Shown here: positions 48,567-60,528 of the stretch, in pieces
Layout of the letters: every line of letters starts with the position of its first letter
Numbering within the stretch: position 1 is the stretch's first letter
Origin: Candidatus Binatia bacterium
GTDB taxonomy: Bacteria > Desulfobacterota > Binatia > UBA12015
Length of the DNA stretch: 64,000 nucleotides
Direction of reading: 5' to 3'
Assembly: GCA_036563615.1 (NCBI GenBank)
Contig: DATCMB010000004.1
Span: forward strand, 100,071-164,070
Program-made: the position numbers and the translations under genes
Notes under the pieces: generated by a model
Database searches by the model: none
What the model was told of the DNA's origin: nothing
What the model saw: only the letters and a program-made list of their open reading frames with translations

Positions 48567-50196
48567 CTTTCTGTACCTCCACCGGCTCGCGGTAGTCGTA
48601 CGGCTCGCCGGTCACGACCGGAGTCTCGTGGAAGTTCTCGGTCGGCGGCGGAGACGGAGCTTGCCACTCGAGCCCGACCGCACCCCAGTGGTTGTCCTCC
48701 GCCTTGCGCCCGTAGCGCATCGACCACGTCAAGTAGAGGATCGGCAGCAGGTAGCCGAGACCGAGGATCGACGCGCCGGCCGTCGAGAACACGTTCAGCA
48801 CCTGGAACTCGTCGGGATACACGTGATAGCGCCGCGGCATCCCGAGGTAGCCCAGCAGGAACTGCGGGAAGAACGTCAGGTTGAAGCCGACGAAGACGAT
48901 CACCGCAGCGACCTTGGCGAGCGGCTCGTAGTAGAGCTTGCCGGTGATCTTCGGCCACCAGTAGTGGAGCGCGCCGAGGTAGCCCATCAGCGTGCCGCCC
49001 ACCATGACGTAGTGGAAGTGCGCGACGACGAAGTAGGTGTCGTGCAGGTGGACGTCGACGGCGGCCGCACCGAGGAACACGCCCGTGAGCCCGCCGATCG
49101 TGAACAGACCGATGAAGCCGAGCGCGTACAGCATCGGCGCCTGCAGCCACACCGAGCCGCGGTAGAGCGTCGCGGTCCAGTTGAAGACCTTCACCGCCGA
49201 CGGGATCGCGACCAGGAAGGTCAGCACCGAGAAGATCAGGCCCGCGTTGACCGACTGCCCGGCGACGAACATGTGATGGCCCCACACGAGGAAGCCGATC
49301 AGCGCGATCGCGATGCTCGAGCCCGCGATGAACGAGTAACCGAAGATCCGGTTGCGCGAGAAGCAGGTGATGATCTCGCTGATCACGCCCATCGCCGGCA
49401 GGATCATGATGTAGACCGCCGGGTGCGAGTAGAACCAGAACAGGTGCTGGAAGAGGATCGGGTCGCCGCCGAGCGCCGGGTCGAAGATGCCGAGGCCGAA
49501 GGCGCGCTCGACCATCATCAGCACGAGCGTGATGGCGATGACCGGCGTGCCGAGCATGATGATCAGGCTCGTCGCGTACATCGCCCAGACGAACAGCGGC
49601 AGCCGGCCCCAGGTGAGGCCGGGCGCGCGCATGCGGTGGATCGTGACCAGGAAGTTCAGACCGGTCAGGATCGACGCGAAGCCGCTCAGGAAGCCCGCGA
49701 ACGCGGCCGACAGCACGTTCGTGTTCGACGACATCGTGCTGTACGGCGTGTAGAACGTCCACCCGGTGTCGACGCCGCCGGTGAACAGCGACCACGCGGC
49801 GAAGATCGCGGCGACGTTGAAGACGTACCAGCTCAGCAAGTTGAGGCGCGGGAATGCGAGGTCACGCGCCCCGATCATCAGCGGCAGCAGGAAGTTGCCG
49901 ATGACGCCCGGGATCGCCGGGATGAGGAAGAAGAAGATCATCACGACGCCGTGCGCCGTGAACAGCTTGTTGTAGGTGTCGTCCGAGACGAGGTCGCCGG
50001 CTGGCGTCAGCAGCTCGAGGCGGACCAGCAGCGCGGCCAGGCCGCCGATCGCGAACAACGCGGTGACCGACGCGAGGTACAGCAGGCCGATCCGCTTGTG
50101 GTCCTTGGTGAGCAACCACGAGCGAATGCCGTAGTTCGCGTTCAGGTAATTGACGGCGCTTCCGCCGTGGCGGTCGCCGACGATTGCTTCCGTCAT
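48559..50196 (-). CDS. ctaD: Cytochrome c oxidase subunit I
   Basis: The sequence has [40 protein letters not shown] and HFHYVM. Confidence 0.97.
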
Positions 50197-51278
50197 GAGC
50201 CACTCCGATCCGGCGCAGAGATGCGCGCGCCGTCCGCGAGCACTTCGTCCGCCGCGGGCGCCGCGTCGTCGACGCGCGCCTCGCTGTCCTCCGCCGCGCC
50301 GTGCGAGCCGCCCGTGGCGGGCTGCTCCGTGGCGCTCGCGGGCTGCAGCGAGCGGATGTAGGCAATGATCTGCAGCAGGCCCTCCTCGCTGACGAGACCC
50401 TTGAAGGTCGGCATGATCGGCTGGTAGCCGGCGACGACCGAGGCCTGCGGATCGACGATCGCCTCGCGAATGTAGGTCTCGTCGGCGATCACCCGGCGAC
50501 CGTCGGCGAGCTCGACCTCACGCTTGAAGAGACCGACCAGGCTCGGGCCGCGGGAGCCGCTCGCCTGCTGGTGGCAGCTCGCACAGCCGAGCTGGTCGAA
50601 CAGCGCCTTGCCCGCGCTCGCCATCGACTCGGCGTCGCCCGCCGTCGCACCGCCACCGGAGAGCCAGATCTGGAACTCGGCCGGATCCATCGCGACCACC
50701 TGGCCGATCATACGCGAGTGCTGGCTGCCGCAGTACTCGGCGCAGAACAGGTGGTAGGTGCCCGGCTTGGTCGCCTCGAACCACATGGTCGTGTAGCGGC
50801 CGGGCACCACGTCCTGCTTCGCGCGGAAGGCCGGAATGAAGAAGCTGTGGATGACGTCCTCGGACGTCATGATGAGCTGCACCGGACGTCCGACCGGGAC
50901 GTGAAGCTCGTTGATCTCGCGCCGGCCCTCGACGTGCTGCGTCTTCCACATCCACTGCTTGCCGACGACGTAGACCTGGAGCGCGTTGTCCGGAGGCGTG
51001 TACTGCGCGATGAACACGCGCGCGCTCCAGAAGAAGACCCCCATCACGATGAGGAGCGGGATCACCGACCAGGTGATCTCGAGCCACAGCATGCCCTCCC
51101 AGGTCGGAAAGACCTGACGCTGGGTGCTGCGGCGATACCGGATCGCGAGCGTCACCACCGCGACGGCGATCAGCACCGAGAAGAACAGGCTGATGCCGAC
51201 GAGGAACCAGTAGAGAGCATCGACGTCGCCCGCCAGGGACGACGCGCGCTCGGGAAGCAGGGAAAACCGGCCGATCAT
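50193..51278 (-). CDS. ctaC: Cytochrome c oxidase subunit II with a fused C-terminal cytochrome c (caa3 type)
   Basis: The CuA site is HSFFIPAF...[12 protein letters not shown], and the heme c site is CASCH. Confidence 0.95.
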   Translation of the reverse strand: MIGRFSLLPERASSLAGDVDALYWFLVGISLFFSVLIAVAVVTLAIRYRRSTQRQVFPTWEGMLWLEITWSVIPLLIVMGVFFWSARVFIAQYTPPDNALQVYVVGKQWMWKTQHVEGRREINELHVPVGRPVQLIMTSEDVIHSFFIPAFRAKQDVVPGRYTTMWFEATKPGTYHLFCAEYCGSQHSRMIGQVVAMDPAEFQIWLSGGGATAGDAESMASAGKALFDQLGCASCHQQASGSRGPSLVGLFKREVELADGRRVIADETYIREAIVDPQASVVAGYQPIMPTFKGLVSEEGLLQIIAYIRSLQPASATEQPATGGSHGAAEDSEARVDDAAPAADEVLADGARISAPDRSGS

Positions 51279-52192
51279 CAGGCGGAGGCCCCGTGCCGCT
51301 CGGCGCGACGCCGGCTGCCCTCGCGCAGCAGCGCGCCACCGATCAATCCGACCAACGCGAGCACGGTCAGCGCGCCCGCGACGCGCACCGAGTTCAGCGC
51401 GACCGCGGAGTAGCGCCCCATCGCGGGGTCGTAGTGGAAGCAAAACAGCAGCACCTGATCGACGACGTTGCCGATCTTGCGCTGCGTGGTCTCGACCAGC
51501 CCGAGCCGCAGGTCACGCGGCGAGAACTCGAGACCGAAGAAGTAGCGTGCGATGCGCCCGTCCGGAGTGAGCATGACCAGGCCGGCCGGGTGCGCGAACT
51601 CGCCACGCTTCTCGTCGTACTGGTAGCGGAAGCCGACGGCGCGCGTGAGACGCTCGATCTCGCCGGCGTCGCCGGTCAGGAAGTGCCAGCCGTCGGCCGC
51701 GCCCTCGCGGTCGTAACGGGCGAGCACGTGCTGCTTCTTCTCGCGCGCCACCTCGGGGGTGTCGCGCGGGTCGAAGCTCACCGTCAGCACCTCGAACTCC
51801 TTGCCCGCGGAGAACGAGAGCGGCTTGAGCGAGCTCGCGAGGCCCTGCTGGTGGAGGTCACACAGCATCGGGCACGAGAAGTACGCGAGCGACAGGATGA
51901 CCGGCTTGTCGGTAAGGTAGTCGCCGAGGCGCACCTCGCGGCCGTTCTCGTCGCGCAGCCGGATGTCGCGCGGCACCTGGGCGTCGAGATACTGGTCGAA
52001 GCCGACCTCGCGCAGGCTCTCGGGACGGTCGTTCGCCGTCAAGCCAAAGCTCTCATCGCCCGGCTTCAGCACCGCGCGCGACGGCTGCCCCGCGAACGGC
52101 GCCGACTCGGCGGAGCTCGCCTGCCTGGCCGCGACGACGGACGCGAGCAGAACCAGAGCGACCAGCTCGCTGTGCCTCATCGCATGCCTCAC
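51278..52192 (-). CDS. SCO1/SenC family copper chaperone with a C-terminal membrane extension
   Basis: The sequence has PVILSLAYFSCPMLCD (CxxxC) and a conserved His region EFAHPAGLVMLTPDG. The tail LLFCFHYDPAMGRY is followed by a TM helix. Confidence 0.9.
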   Translation of the reverse strand: MRHAMRHSELVALVLLASVVAARQASSAESAPFAGQPSRAVLKPGDESFGLTANDRPESLREVGFDQYLDAQVPRDIRLRDENGREVRLGDYLTDKPVILSLAYFSCPMLCDLHQQGLASSLKPLSFSAGKEFEVLTVSFDPRDTPEVAREKKQHVLARYDREGAADGWHFLTGDAGEIERLTRAVGFRYQYDEKRGEFAHPAGLVMLTPDGRIARYFFGLEFSPRDLRLGLVETTQRKIGNVVDQVLLFCFHYDPAMGRYSAVALNSVRVAGALTVLALVGLIGGALLREGSRRRAERHGASA

Positions 52193-52772
52193 GGCGTCCC
52201 TCCCGGCTGCCGGGTCGCGTCGTTCTCCTCCGGCTGCGGAGCGGGCTCCTCGCCCGGCGCCGGAGCCGCCTCCGGCTGCGCCTCTGGCTGTGCTTCCGGC
52301 TGCGCCTGGATCGCCACGCCGGCGCGCCCCTCGGGCCGCGGCCCCGGCCGCGCCGCGCGCTCGACGATCAGATCGATCGCGCGCTCGATCGGGATGCGAA
52401 CGATGCCCTTCTCGCGGTCGACCCAGCCGTAGGTGGTCAGCACCCGCTCCTCGGCGAGGCGATGCTCGTAGAGGTCGAGCTTCGGGTCGACCTGCAGGCG
52501 CGGCGCCGGCGGCTCGCTGCGGCCGTACGTCGCGGCGAGCGGGTTCGCCGGCGGGTACTCCTTCTCCTGCATCGCCGTGAACAAGGGCTGGATCAGGTAC
52601 GCGACCGCCCCGCCCACCACGAGCAGTCCCACGACCACGGTCAACGCGCGGTTCAGCAGGCGCGTCTGGACGACGTCCTCCTCGTGGCCGGCCGCGATGG
52701 CCTGCTCGAGAGCCTGCAGGTCCTCGGGGTCGCGCCCGATCTCCAGGTGATCGCGCCGCGTGGCCTCGGTGC

Positions 52773-52776
<4 letters not shown>
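52189..52776 (-). CDS. Single-pass membrane protein in the ActG position of the ACIII cluster
   Basis: ATGA overlaps join it to both neighbours. It has a TM helix LTVVVGLLVVGGAVAYLI, a conserved-looking TTYGWVDREKGIVRIPIERAIDLI segment, and a C-terminal AQPEAQPEAQPEA repeat. Confidence 0.6.
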
Positions 52777-53951
<1,175 letters not shown>

Positions 53952-53952
53952 C

Positions 53953-54567
53953 TCAGCCTCCCGTCCCCGTCGACGCCGCGAGCTTCGCGCGCTCGTCGGC
54001 CGGGACGTCGTTCTCGGTCGCGTTCTGCGCCAGCTGCAGGGCGCGGATGTACGCGACGATCGCCCACCGGTCCTCGACCGGCACCTGGGCGCTGTAGTTC
54101 AGCATCACACCGAAGCCATTCGTGATGACGTCGTAGAAGTGTCCGACCGGCGCCTCGCGCAGACGCGGGATGTGGAACGACGGCGGACGACGGAAGCCAC
54201 GCTGCACGATCATGCCGTTGCCGTCGCCGGTACGGTCGTGACAGGGGCTGCAGTAGATGTCGTAGCGCTCCCGCCCGCGCTCGAGGAGCTGGCGGGTGAC
54301 GGGCACCGGCATCTCGGTCACCGGACGGCCGTCGACCTTGCCCTCGTAGTACGCGGGATCCTCGTGGAACGAGCCGTACACCACCGTTCCCGGAACCCGC
54401 GGCCGGTTGGCCCGCCCGTCGGCGAAGAACGTGCTCGCGCCATCGGGCATGAGCTTCGGCTGGTCTTGCATGTCCTGGCGGCAGCCGGCGAGCGCGACGA
54501 GCGCGACGGTCAGCACCAGCGCCGTGCGCCCGCGGCGAGCGAGCGCGGCTTTCGCGTCAATGCTCAA
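53953..54567 (-). CDS. actE: Alternative complex III subunit ActE (monoheme cytochrome c lipoprotein)
   Basis: It has a lipobox LALAGC and a single heme-binding motif CSPCH. Confidence 0.85.
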   Translation of the reverse strand: MSIDAKAALARRGRTALVLTVALVALAGCRQDMQDQPKLMPDGASTFFADGRANRPRVPGTVVYGSFHEDPAYYEGKVDGRPVTEMPVPVTRQLLERGRERYDIYCSPCHDRTGDGNGMIVQRGFRRPPSFHIPRLREAPVGHFYDVITNGFGVMLNYSAQVPVEDRWAIVAYIRALQLAQNATENDVPADERAKLAASTGTGG

Positions 54568-55108
54568 CTTCGGACACCGAGCGCGGCACGAGCCGCTCCA
54601 GGAAGCGACGGGTAAGCTCCCGATCGAACATCGGGTCGGTCGCTTCGATGCACAGGAAGAAGCGGTCGCGGCTCGCGAGCGCGAATCGCGGCACGTTGAA
54701 CACCGGATGGTAGGGCTGCGGCAGCCCGTTCAGCGCCAGCATGCCGAGGACGGCGCAGATCGCCGCCGCGAGGACGGTCGTCTCGAACGTGATCGGGATG
54801 AAGGAGACGATGCTGTTCAGCGGTCGACCACCCACGTTCAGCGGGTAGTTGATGACCGACGTCCAGTACTGCAGCGCGTAGCCGCCGACCAGGCCCGCGA
54901 GGCCGCCGATCAACACGATCAGCGGCAGACGGTTGCCGTGGATGCCGAGCTCCTCCGCCACCTCCTCGATCGGGTACGGCGTGTAGGCGTCCATGCGGCG
55001 GTAGCCCGCGCCGCGTGCTTGACGGATGGCGGCGATCAGCTCGTTCGGATCCGTGAACTCCGCGAGCAGGCCGTAGATCGGCGGTCGCGACGGATGCTGT
55101 TCCTTCAT
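54557..55108 (-). CDS. actD: Alternative complex III subunit ActD (DUF3341)
   Basis: The sequence has YGLLAEFTDPNELIAAIRQARGAGYRRMDAYTPYPIEE and two TM helices. Confidence 0.8.
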   Translation of the reverse strand: MKEQHPSRPPIYGLLAEFTDPNELIAAIRQARGAGYRRMDAYTPYPIEEVAEELGIHGNRLPLIVLIGGLAGLVGGYALQYWTSVINYPLNVGGRPLNSIVSFIPITFETTVLAAAICAVLGMLALNGLPQPYHPVFNVPRFALASRDRFFLCIEATDPMFDRELTRRFLERLVPRSVSEVEH

Positions 55109-56514
55109 CGCGAGCCCTCCACGGTGTCGTGCAGCTCCTCCTTCAGCTCAGCCGCAGGAACGAGCGTGCGCATCTCGAAGATCGAGATCATCGGCAGCAC
55201 ACGGATGAAGAGGAGGAGCAGCGTGAAGAACAGGCCGAGCGTGCCGATGTAGGTCGACCAATCCCAGAACGTCGGCGAGAAGTAGAACCACGACGACGGC
55301 AGGTAATCGCGCGACAAGCTGGTCACGACGATCACGTAGCGCTCGAGCCACATGCCGACGTTGACCACGATCGAGATCACCCACAGCGCGGCCAGGTTGG
55401 CGCGGATGCCCTTGAACCAGAGCAGCTGCGGGATCAGGACGTTGCAGACGACCAGCGCCCAGTACGCGATCACGAACGGTCCGCCGAGGCGGGCCCAGAT
55501 CATGTAGCGCTCGTAGACGTTGCCGCTGTACCAGGCCATGAACGCTTCCATCATGTAGCCGTAGGCCACGATGAGACCGGTCGCGAGCATGACGCGGCCC
55601 ATGTTGTCGAGGTGCTTCAGCGTGACGAAGTCCTCGAGGCCGTAGTAGCGGCGGATCGGGATGGCGAGCGTCACCACCATCGCGAAGCCGGAGTAGATCG
55701 CGCCGGCGACGAAGTACGGCGGGAAGATCGTCGCGTGCCAGCCGGGGATCACCGACACCGCGAAGTCGAAGCTGACGATCGTGTGCACGGACACGACGAG
55801 CGGCGTCGAGAGGCCCGCGAGCAGCAGGTACGCGGTCTCGTAGCGCTGCCAGTGGCGCGCCGAGCCGCGCCAGCCCATCGCGAGGAGGCCGTAGATCCGC
55901 TGCCCGAAGAAGTTCTTCGAGCGATCACGCAGCGTCGCGAGGTCGGGGATCAGGCCGGTGTACCAGAAGAGGAACGACACCGTCGCGTAGGTCGACACCG
56001 CGAACACGTCGAACATCAGCGGGCTGCGAAAGTTCGGCCACATGCCCATCGTGTTCGGGTACGGCAGCAGCCAGTACGCGAGCCACGGACGTCCGAGGTG
56101 CAGGATCGGGTACATGCCCGCGCAAGCGACGGCGAACAGCGTCATCGCCTCCGCGAAGCGGTTGATCGAGGTTCGCCAGGGCTGGCGGAGCAGCAGCAGG
56201 ATCGCCGAGATCAGCGTACCGGCGTGCGCGATACCGACCCACCAGACGAAGTTGACGATCGCGAAGCCCCAGCCGACCGGGATGTTGATGCCCCAGATGC
56301 CCGTGCCGTAAGCGAACAGCACGCTCACGGAGAGCAGGAAGAGCATCAGCAGCGAGAACGCGATCCCGAGGCCGATGATCCAGCCGCGCGGCGTCTTCTT
56401 GGTCAGGACGACCGACGCGATCTTGTCGGTGACCGACTCGAAGGTGTGGCCCGGACCGATGATCTCGGGCGGCACCTGCGAGACGCCGTAGCTTGGACGC
56501 GTTTCCGTCGTCAT
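55105..56514 (-). CDS. actC: Alternative complex III subunit ActC (NrfD/PsrC-like quinol-interacting membrane subunit)
   Basis: An ATGA overlap joins it to actB. It has about 10 TM helices and the motifs GINIPVGWGFAIVNFVWWVGIAHAGTLISAILLL. Confidence 0.9.
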   Translation of the reverse strand: MTTETRPSYGVSQVPPEIIGPGHTFESVTDKIASVVLTKKTPRGWIIGLGIAFSLLMLFLLSVSVLFAYGTGIWGINIPVGWGFAIVNFVWWVGIAHAGTLISAILLLLRQPWRTSINRFAEAMTLFAVACAGMYPILHLGRPWLAYWLLPYPNTMGMWPNFRSPLMFDVFAVSTYATVSFLFWYTGLIPDLATLRDRSKNFFGQRIYGLLAMGWRGSARHWQRYETAYLLLAGLSTPLVVSVHTIVSFDFAVSVIPGWHATIFPPYFVAGAIYSGFAMVVTLAIPIRRYYGLEDFVTLKHLDNMGRVMLATGLIVAYGYMMEAFMAWYSGNVYERYMIWARLGGPFVIAYWALVVCNVLIPQLLWFKGIRANLAALWVISIVVNVGMWLERYVIVVTSLSRDYLPSSWFYFSPTFWDWSTYIGTLGLFFTLLLLFIRVLPMISIFEMRTLVPAAELKEELHDTVEGSR

Positions 56515-59492
56515 GCGCCCGTCTCCTGCTTCGCCGCGAGCTCGGGATTCGGGTTGCGGACCACCGCGAGATACGTCGTGCGCGGCCGGGTGTTGATGTC
56601 GCCGAGCACGGCGTAGTTGCGCCCTTCCTTCTTCAGCTTCGAGACGCGGCTGTTCGGGTCGTTGACGTCGCCGAAGACCAGCGCATCGGTCGGGCACGCC
56701 TGCTGGCACGCCGTCACGATCTCGCCGTCACGCACCTTGCGGTTTTCCTTCTTCGCCTGGATGCGCGCGTAGTTGATGCGCTGGACGCAGTACGTGCACT
56801 TCTCCATCACGCCGCGCGAGCGGACCGTGACGTCGGGGTTGCGCTGCAGCGCGAGGCTCGGGTCGCTGTAATTCGTGTAAAGCAGGAAGTTGAAGCGCCG
56901 AACCTTGTAGGGGCAGTTGTTCGAGCAGTAGCGGGTGCCGACGCAACGGTTGTACACCATCACGTTCAGCCCCTCGTCGTCGTGCACCGTCGCGTTCACC
57001 GGGCACACGACCTCGCACGGCGCGAGCTCGCAGTGCTGGCAGAACATCGGCTGGTAGACGGTCTCGGGCTCGTCCGGGCTGCCCGCGTAGTAGCGGTCGA
57101 TGCGCATCCACTGCATCTCGCGTCCGACCGCGACCTGCTCCTTGCCCACCACCGCGATGTTGTTCTCGGCGACGCAGGCCACCACGCAGGCGTTGCAGCC
57201 GATGCACGCCTGCATGTCGACGGCCATGCCCCACGCGTAGCCCTTGTACTCCCAGGCGTACATCGTCTCGTCCGGCGGGGGGACGTGACCGCCCATGTGC
57301 TGCGCGAAGTCGGGGTGCTCGCGGTACTCGTCGAGCGTCCCGACGCGCACGATGTCACGGCCTTCGAGCAGCCCGTGCATCTGCGTGCAGGCGAGCTGGT
57401 ACCAGTCGCCGGTCTTCTTGACGGCGACGCCGCTCACCATGTCGGGCGCGTCGGTCGTGCGCAGCAGGTAGGCGTTGAAGCCGTAGCCGCTGCCGACGCG
57501 TCCGGCGCGCGTGCGGCCGTAGCCGAGGGTGATCAAGACGGCGCCGTCCGCCTGCCCGGGCGTGATCCACACCGGACCGCGAACGCTGCGTCCGCCGACC
57601 TCGAGCTCGACGACCTGGCCGTTCTCGACGCCGAGACGCTGCGCCGTGCGCGGCGCGAGCTGCACGGCGTTGTCCCAGGTGATCTTGGTCAGCGGCTTCG
57701 GCAGCTCCTGCAGCCAGCCAATGTTCGAGAAGCGACCGTCGAGGATCGTCGGATCCGGACGGAACAGCAGCTCGAGCGTGTTCTCGTCCTGCGCGTCGGG
57801 AAGCGGCGGCAGCGACGCGGTGAACGGCTGCAGCGACACCTGCTTCGGCGCCGCCGCGCTGTCCGCGATCAGGCCGTCGTTCAGCGAGCGCGTCCAGAAG
57901 CGCTCGAAGTCGAGGCCGCCGCGCTGACGCTTCCAGTAGTCGCGCACGATGTCGTACGCGCGCGGCCGCTGCCCGAGGCACATCGCGAGCACCTCGTGCG
58001 CGCTGCGCGTGTCGTAGAGCGGCGCGATCAGCGGCTGGATGATGCTCGCCGTTCCGTCGAAGGCGCGCCCGTCGCTCCACGACTCGAGGTAGTGCGACTC
58101 CGGCAGATGCCACTGGCAGAGCGCCGAGGTCTCGTCGTCGTAGAGCGAGAGGTGGACGCGCATCGGCACCTTGTCGAGCGCGCCCGCGAAGTCGAGATCG
58201 GCCGGCGCGTCGTAGACCGGGTTGCCGCCGAGGATCAGCAGCAGCTCGACGTTGCCGGCGTTCATGTCGTTCACCAGCTCGCGCAGCGAGGCGAGCTGCA
58301 GCTCGGGCCGCGCGACGACCGGCTCGGTGTAGACCACCGTGTTGCCGACGTTGCCGAGCGCGTGGTTGATCGCGTGCGCCAGCGCGTGCACCTCGGGCGG
58401 CTGCTGGTCGCCGGCGATCACGATGCTGCGGCCGCGGTGGCTCTGCAGGTCGCGCACCACCGCCGCGAGCCAGGTCGCCGCTTCGCCGTCGAAGGTCGGA
58501 GCCGCGACCCGCACGCCGAGCGCCGAAGCGAGCGCGCGCGCGAACGCCGGGATCCGGCTCGGACGCAGCGTGAGACGCTGATCCGCCTTGACGCCGGTGT
58601 TCGAGGGCGTGCTCTCCACGACGTAGAGGCGGTTCATGTCGCGCGCGCCGTCGGTGAGGCGGCGCTTCGTCATGAAGTCACGCGCGTAGCGGACGTGGGC
58701 GCCGCCGTACGACAGGAAGTCCGCGTCGAGCGACAGCACGACGTCCGCGCGATCGAAGTTGTAGACCGTGTTGACGTCGGTGCCGAACGCGAGTCGCGCG
58801 CCGGCGACCTCGTTGTCCGCCGCGAGCGGCTCGTACTGGTGCCAGCGCGCCTGCGGGAAGCGCTCGAGCAGCGCCTCGAGCTGGGCCGCGAGCGTCGGCG
58901 ACGAGACGGTCTCGGTGAGGATGCGCAGCCCTGCCCCGCCGCGCTCCGCCTGCGCCTCGAGCGCCGTCGTGAGCGCCTGCGCGAACGCGTCCCAGGTCAG
59001 GATCTCGTCGACGCGGCGCACGACCTGCGCGCGGTCCGGATCGTAGAGCTGGAGCACCGAGGCCTGCGACCACGGGTCGCTCGCGCCGAGGCTCGCCGGG
59101 TGCTGCGGATTCCCCTCGATCTTTGTCGGACGCCCCGTGTGGCTCTCGACCAGGAGACCCGTCACCGTGCCGCGCAGCGGCATGGCGGTCGCGAAGTACA
59201 CCGGCGCGCCGGGGACGAGCTCCTCGGGCGGCCGGACGTACGGCACCACTTCCTCGGTCGGCTGCCGCGTACAGGCGCCGAGGCCCGCGAGCGCCATCGA
59301 CGCGCCCATCAGCTTCAGGAACTGTCGGCGGTCGACGTGGTCGAGAGCCTGCGCCTGCTGCGGGAACTCGGCGCGCAGCCACTCGAAGAACTCCTCGCTC
59401 TGCGCGAGCTCCTCGAGACCGCGCCAGTACGCGCGGCCGCCTTGCTGGCGCTGCTGCAGCGCCACCGGATCCCGTCCATCCATCACGGACAC
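56511..59492 (-). CDS. actB: Alternative complex III subunit ActB (fused molybdopterin-oxidoreductase-like B1 and 4Fe-4S ferredoxin-like B2)
   Basis: It has a Tat signal DRRQFLKLMGASMALAGLGAC, a large MopB-like domain, and C-terminal Cys clusters CIGCNACVVAC, CQHCELAPCEVVCP, CVGTRYCSNNCP and CTYCVQR. Confidence 0.92.
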   Translation of the reverse strand: MSVMDGRDPVALQQRQQGGRAYWRGLEELAQSEEFFEWLRAEFPQQAQALDHVDRRQFLKLMGASMALAGLGACTRQPTEEVVPYVRPPEELVPGAPVYFATAMPLRGTVTGLLVESHTGRPTKIEGNPQHPASLGASDPWSQASVLQLYDPDRAQVVRRVDEILTWDAFAQALTTALEAQAERGGAGLRILTETVSSPTLAAQLEALLERFPQARWHQYEPLAADNEVAGARLAFGTDVNTVYNFDRADVVLSLDADFLSYGGAHVRYARDFMTKRRLTDGARDMNRLYVVESTPSNTGVKADQRLTLRPSRIPAFARALASALGVRVAAPTFDGEAATWLAAVVRDLQSHRGRSIVIAGDQQPPEVHALAHAINHALGNVGNTVVYTEPVVARPELQLASLRELVNDMNAGNVELLLILGGNPVYDAPADLDFAGALDKVPMRVHLSLYDDETSALCQWHLPESHYLESWSDGRAFDGTASIIQPLIAPLYDTRSAHEVLAMCLGQRPRAYDIVRDYWKRQRGGLDFERFWTRSLNDGLIADSAAAPKQVSLQPFTASLPPLPDAQDENTLELLFRPDPTILDGRFSNIGWLQELPKPLTKITWDNAVQLAPRTAQRLGVENGQVVELEVGGRSVRGPVWITPGQADGAVLITLGYGRTRAGRVGSGYGFNAYLLRTTDAPDMVSGVAVKKTGDWYQLACTQMHGLLEGRDIVRVGTLDEYREHPDFAQHMGGHVPPPDETMYAWEYKGYAWGMAVDMQACIGCNACVVACVAENNIAVVGKEQVAVGREMQWMRIDRYYAGSPDEPETVYQPMFCQHCELAPCEVVCPVNATVHDDEGLNVMVYNRCVGTRYCSNNCPYKVRRFNFLLYTNYSDPSLALQRNPDVTVRSRGVMEKCTYCVQRINYARIQAKKENRKVRDGEIVTACQQACPTDALVFGDVNDPNSRVSKLKKEGRNYAVLGDINTRPRTTYLAVVRNPNPELAAKQETGA

Positions 59493-59505
59493 CGTCTTTC
59501 GTTCC

Positions 59506-60153
59506 TCACCGGTGGCACGCGGAGCACTGGACGCGCGTCGCGACCTCGTACTCCTTCTTGAGCTGCTCGCCGAGGGCGAGCTGGTCCGGCGGCTGCTGAT
59601 AGTCCATGCTGAAAATGAACTGGCGTGGGCGCAGATGGCGCTCGGGCGCCCGGTGGCAGTCGAGGCACCACTCCATCTGCAGCGTCGGGTACTGCGAGAC
59701 GGCGTTCATCAGGTCGACGCGTCCGTGGCACGACGCACAGCCGACGCCCTTGTTCACGTGGATGCTGTGATCGAAGTAGACGTACTCGGGCAGGTCGTAG
59801 ACCTTGATCCAGCGGAGGGACTCGTTGGTGCGCCAGCTCTCGCGAACCGGCTCGAGGTACTCGCTGTTCGCCCAGATCTGCGAGTGGCAGTTCATGCAGG
59901 TCTTGGTCGGCGGCATGCCCGCGTAGGCGAGCTTCTCGACCGTGGTGTGACAGTAGCGACAGTCGATCCCGAGCTCGCCCACGTGGTGCTTGTGGCTGAA
60001 CTGGATCGGCTGCTCGACCTGGATCCCTTGCCCAGTGACGTATGGCGAGCGGTTCACGAGCGCGAGCGCGTAGACCAGCGCTCCGACCACGAACAGTCCA
60101 CCGAAGATGGTGAACCTCGCCAGGACGTTGGTACTGCGGTGAAAGACCTGCAC
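59506..60153 (-). CDS. actA: Alternative complex III subunit ActA (pentaheme cytochrome c)
   Basis: It has an N-terminal TM anchor and five CxxCH motifs (CRYCH, CMNCH, CASCH, CLDCH, CSACH). Confidence 0.9.
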   Translation of the reverse strand: MQVFHRSTNVLARFTIFGGLFVVGALVYALALVNRSPYVTGQGIQVEQPIQFSHKHHVGELGIDCRYCHTTVEKLAYAGMPPTKTCMNCHSQIWANSEYLEPVRESWRTNESLRWIKVYDLPEYVYFDHSIHVNKGVGCASCHGRVDLMNAVSQYPTLQMEWCLDCHRAPERHLRPRQFIFSMDYQQPPDQLALGEQLKKEYEVATRVQCSACHR

Positions 60154-60425
60154 GTCGCCTCGCTCCGGCTACTCAGCTCTCCACGAAGCCCGCACGGACT
60201 TCACGACCGCTCCACGCGCCGTCGATCGACCGAGGGCTCCCGCCGCCATGCCTGGCCCACTGTAGCTTCAGGAAACGTAAGCACAAGCCCCCTTTCACGC
60301 ATTCGATGTATAAGATCCATTTACAACTCATGGCGCGAACGGCGCGACGCTGCATACACATCGAGCGCGCGACGTGCAGCACGATGGCGTCGAAACAGGC
60401 ATCGGAGTAGGCTCGACGGGTTGCG

Positions 60426-60457
60426 TCGGTCGTAAACCCGCGTCGCGGGTCGACCGA
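60426..60457. promoter_or_regulatory. Bulged inverted repeat in the actA/ku divergent intergenic region
   Basis: The element is TCGGTCG-TAA-ACCCGCG-T-CGCGGGT-CGACCGA. It lies 72-103 nt upstream of the ku ATG, and an AT-rich island lies at about 60270-60335. Confidence 0.35.
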
Positions 60458-60528
60458 GAAGAGGAAGCGAGAGCCGTGTCGCGCATGCCGTTGTTTGACG
60501 CTGCGAGCCACGGGTGAGGAGAGAAGCC

